Shown: positions 62,102-64,000 of the stretch, piece after piece
How positions within the stretch are numbered: position 1 is the first letter of the stretch
Layout of the letters: the number at the start of each line of letters is the position of its first letter
DNA from: Promethearchaeota archaeon
GTDB taxonomy: Archaea; Asgardarchaeota; Lokiarchaeia; Sigyniarchaeales; SOKP01
Direction of reading: 5' to 3'
DNA: 64,000 nt
Assembly (NCBI GenBank): GCA_019057865.1
Contig: JAHLWP010000010.1
Coordinates: 54,086 to 118,085 of the forward strand
Program-made: the position numbers and the translations under genes
The notes under the pieces: generated by a model
What the model saw: only the letters and a program-made list of their open reading frames with translations
The model's database searches: none
What the model was told of the DNA's origin: nothing

Positions 62102-62114
62102 TTTTTCTCACCCT

Positions 62115-62603
62115 TTATGGTTTTTGTACCTCTCTAATAACTTTAAAGTATATTATATCCCCTATATTTCCTTTCCTTTCATCTTTAAATACAGCCTCAA
62201 CACGCATCCCTACTTTTAATTTAGTATAGTCCGTTTCATCTATAAAATGCATTGTAAAAGTATCAGCGCCATCTAATTTGAATAATGCATAGCCATAAGG
62301 AAAAGGACGTAGACCTCCTGTCTGAGGATCTACAAAAGGATAATTAACTACCGTGAAGCCATGCAAAGTTCCTTTTTTATCCAATTCAACTAGATCCTTT
62401 AACTCCATTTTAATAAAACATTCTGCACATACAGTTCTGGGTGGAAAATGCACTTTACCGCATTTTGGACACTTGCTTCCTAATAATTTTTTGTTTTCCT
62501 TTAGCTCTTCAAAAAATTTAACCGATAACTTACCTATGGAATACCTATAAGGTAGATCGGTTTTCCATTTAATCTCAAAAGGCTTTTCTTTCTGTTTGCT
62601 CAT
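62115..62603 (-). CDS. DUF35 Zn-ribbon/OB-fold protein
   Basis: GSKCPKCGKVHFPPRTVCAEC, KLDGAD. Confidence 0.92.
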   Translation of the reverse strand: MSKQKEKPFEIKWKTDLPYRYSIGKLSVKFFEELKENKKLLGSKCPKCGKVHFPPRTVCAECFIKMELKDLVELDKKGTLHGFTVVNYPFVDPQTGGLRPFPYGYALFKLDGADTFTMHFIDETDYTKLKVGMRVEAVFKDERKGNIGDIIYFKVIREVQKP

Positions 62604-62612
62604 ATTTTTTAT

Positions 62613-63809
62613 TCACCTCATAGGTTCTTTTCCTAATATTAGTATTTCTGTCCAAAGTGAACCGCCAAATCCCATTGCTAAAGCATTTTCTGCATCAGGT
62701 ACTTGACGTTTTTCACCTCTGCCCATTACTTGAGTTGCTGCCTCAGCTACTCGAATTAATGCTGTAGCACCTATAGGATTAGTACTCAATACACCTCCCG
62801 ATGGATTAACTGGTAATTCTCCACTCATTTCAGTAATTCCCTCATCTAACAACTTCCCTCCTTCACCAAATTTAGCAAATCCTAGGGCTTCTGTCCATGC
62901 TAATTCGCTCCAACTTGTGGGTTCATATATTTCAGCGACATCTAAATCTTTTATTGGATTAGTGATTCCTGCTTTTTTATAAGCTTTCTTTGAAGCAATC
63001 GTAGCTGTAGGGAGATTATACATTGCATCATCAGTCCCAAAGGTATAATAATGAGCAGTTTCTAAGGCTTTAAACCATGCCGGATTATCTGTTATCTTCT
63101 TAGCTTCTTCTTTATTTGCATAAATTAGAGCACATGCTCCTTCACTCTGTGGACAGCAATCATGTAATCTTAATGGATATGATATCATCTGTGAACTCAT
63201 AACATAATCTACAGTAATATCAGGCATTTGTAGATGTGCAAATGGATTATTAGCGGCATTACGACGATTTTTTACAGTAACTTTTGCTGCTTGTTCTGGT
63301 GTTGCGCCATATTTATCTTGATACATAGATGCCATAAGGGCTAGTGGACCGAGAGCACCAGCTAAAGATGGTCTTTCCCATACCGGATCAAATGCTGTTA
63401 TTATACCGGTAGTAGCTCCACCTTCTTTTAATTTTTCCCAACCAACAACTAAAACCTTGTTATAAATTCCTGAGGCAACATTGTGATAACCACATATAGC
63501 TAAGGAACTACCCGTTGTGCCACCTGTTGCAACCTTAACTACAGGTTTTAAATATCCAGGAGCTCCTTCAATTCCACAGAATAATTCAGAGAAATTAATT
63601 CCTTCAAAATGGTCCATTTAGTATTTAATCTCGAGATGAAATTAAATATTACCAATGACGATCGCATCAATCTCTTTAGGTTCAAGTTGAGCATCATCAA
63701 GAGCCATCTTTACGGCTTCGTATACCATCTCAGGGATATTAACATCTCTTCTCTTACTCCTAAATTTAGTCTGACCTATGCCGACTACGGCTACATCATG
63801 TCTCGGCGT
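62613..63809 (-). CDS. Thiolase-superfamily (SCP-x/Ltp-like) protein, 2 exons (63809-63648, 63617-62613), 388 aa after removing one predicted BHB intron
   Basis: Exon 1 reads (ACG)PRHDVAVVGIGQTKF...DAQLEPKEIDAIVIGN and joins MDHFEGIN... of ORF 62613..63617. VKNRRNA, AEIYEP, PVNPSGG, NPIGATA. Confidence 0.88.
63618..63647 (-). other. Predicted BHB mRNA intron of thiolase 2 (30 nt)
   Basis: mRNA: GGUA-AU^A-UUUAAUUUC(AUCUC)GAGAUUAAA-UACU-AA^A-UGGAC. 9-bp intron stem; in-frame UAA. Spliced product is IGNMDHF. Confidence 0.87.
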
Positions 63810-63816
63810 TTTAAAT

Positions 63817-63825
63817 TCCCTCCTT
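63817..63825 (-). promoter_or_regulatory. Shine-Dalgarno site for thiolase 2
   Basis: AAGGAGGGA, 7 nt upstream of ACG 63809. Confidence 0.65.
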
Positions 63826-64000
63826 ACTGTTATTATTAAAGTCTATTTTTATTTTCATATTTTCTTATTAAATCGTTCGTGTATTTAATACTTATTATAT
63901 TGTCAAAATAGACTATTCGATTTTTTTGTCTAATTCTTTTTTTTCTATATTAGTATTCAAGTATTTATTTTTTTTTCTATTAATTTCCGTGGTCGGAAAG

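Noticed and set aside
1108-63839. Short antisense or alternate-frame ORFs in the track (e.g. 1539..1721, 6095..6397, 15564..15971, 46771..47106, 50685..51053, 63609..63839)
   Set aside because: Shadows of well-supported genes with no motifs
1-64000. CRISPR array, rRNA, transposase or integrase
   Set aside because: No regularly spaced repeats, rRNA-like tracts or DDE/tyrosine recombinase motifs seen by eye

Overview
AT-rich archaeal chromosome segment. Gene content (ACDS epsilon/beta plus CooT, Alba, crenarchaeal-type PolB1, a Loki-CTERM-like tail, many lipid and acyl-CoA genes) points to Asgard archaea, probably Lokiarchaeia; this is an inference. The window holds two polar amino-acid ABC transporter clusters (one broken), two thiolase/DUF35 lipid-metabolism operons, acyl-CoA ligases, crotonases, an orphan methyltransferase, a degraded defence-like island (about 21.3-30.6 kb), NAD salvage genes, a Tes-like radical SAM enzyme, a free-standing intein-like homing endonuclease gene and a tRNA-Thr(UGU) with two non-canonical introns. 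Main result: the two apparently broken thiolase genes appear to be interrupted by four 29-31 nt micro-introns rather than being pseudogenes (9364-9392, 9776-9805, 9901-9931, 63618-63647). Each folds by hand into a strict or relaxed bulge-helix-bulge (BHB) motif, the substrate of the archaeal tRNA splicing endonuclease. Cutting after the 2nd nucleotide of each bulge restores the reading frame and conserved thiolase motifs in all four cases. They match the two tRNA introns in size and architecture, suggesting a family of tRNA-type introns in protein-coding genes. Splicing is predicted, not shown.
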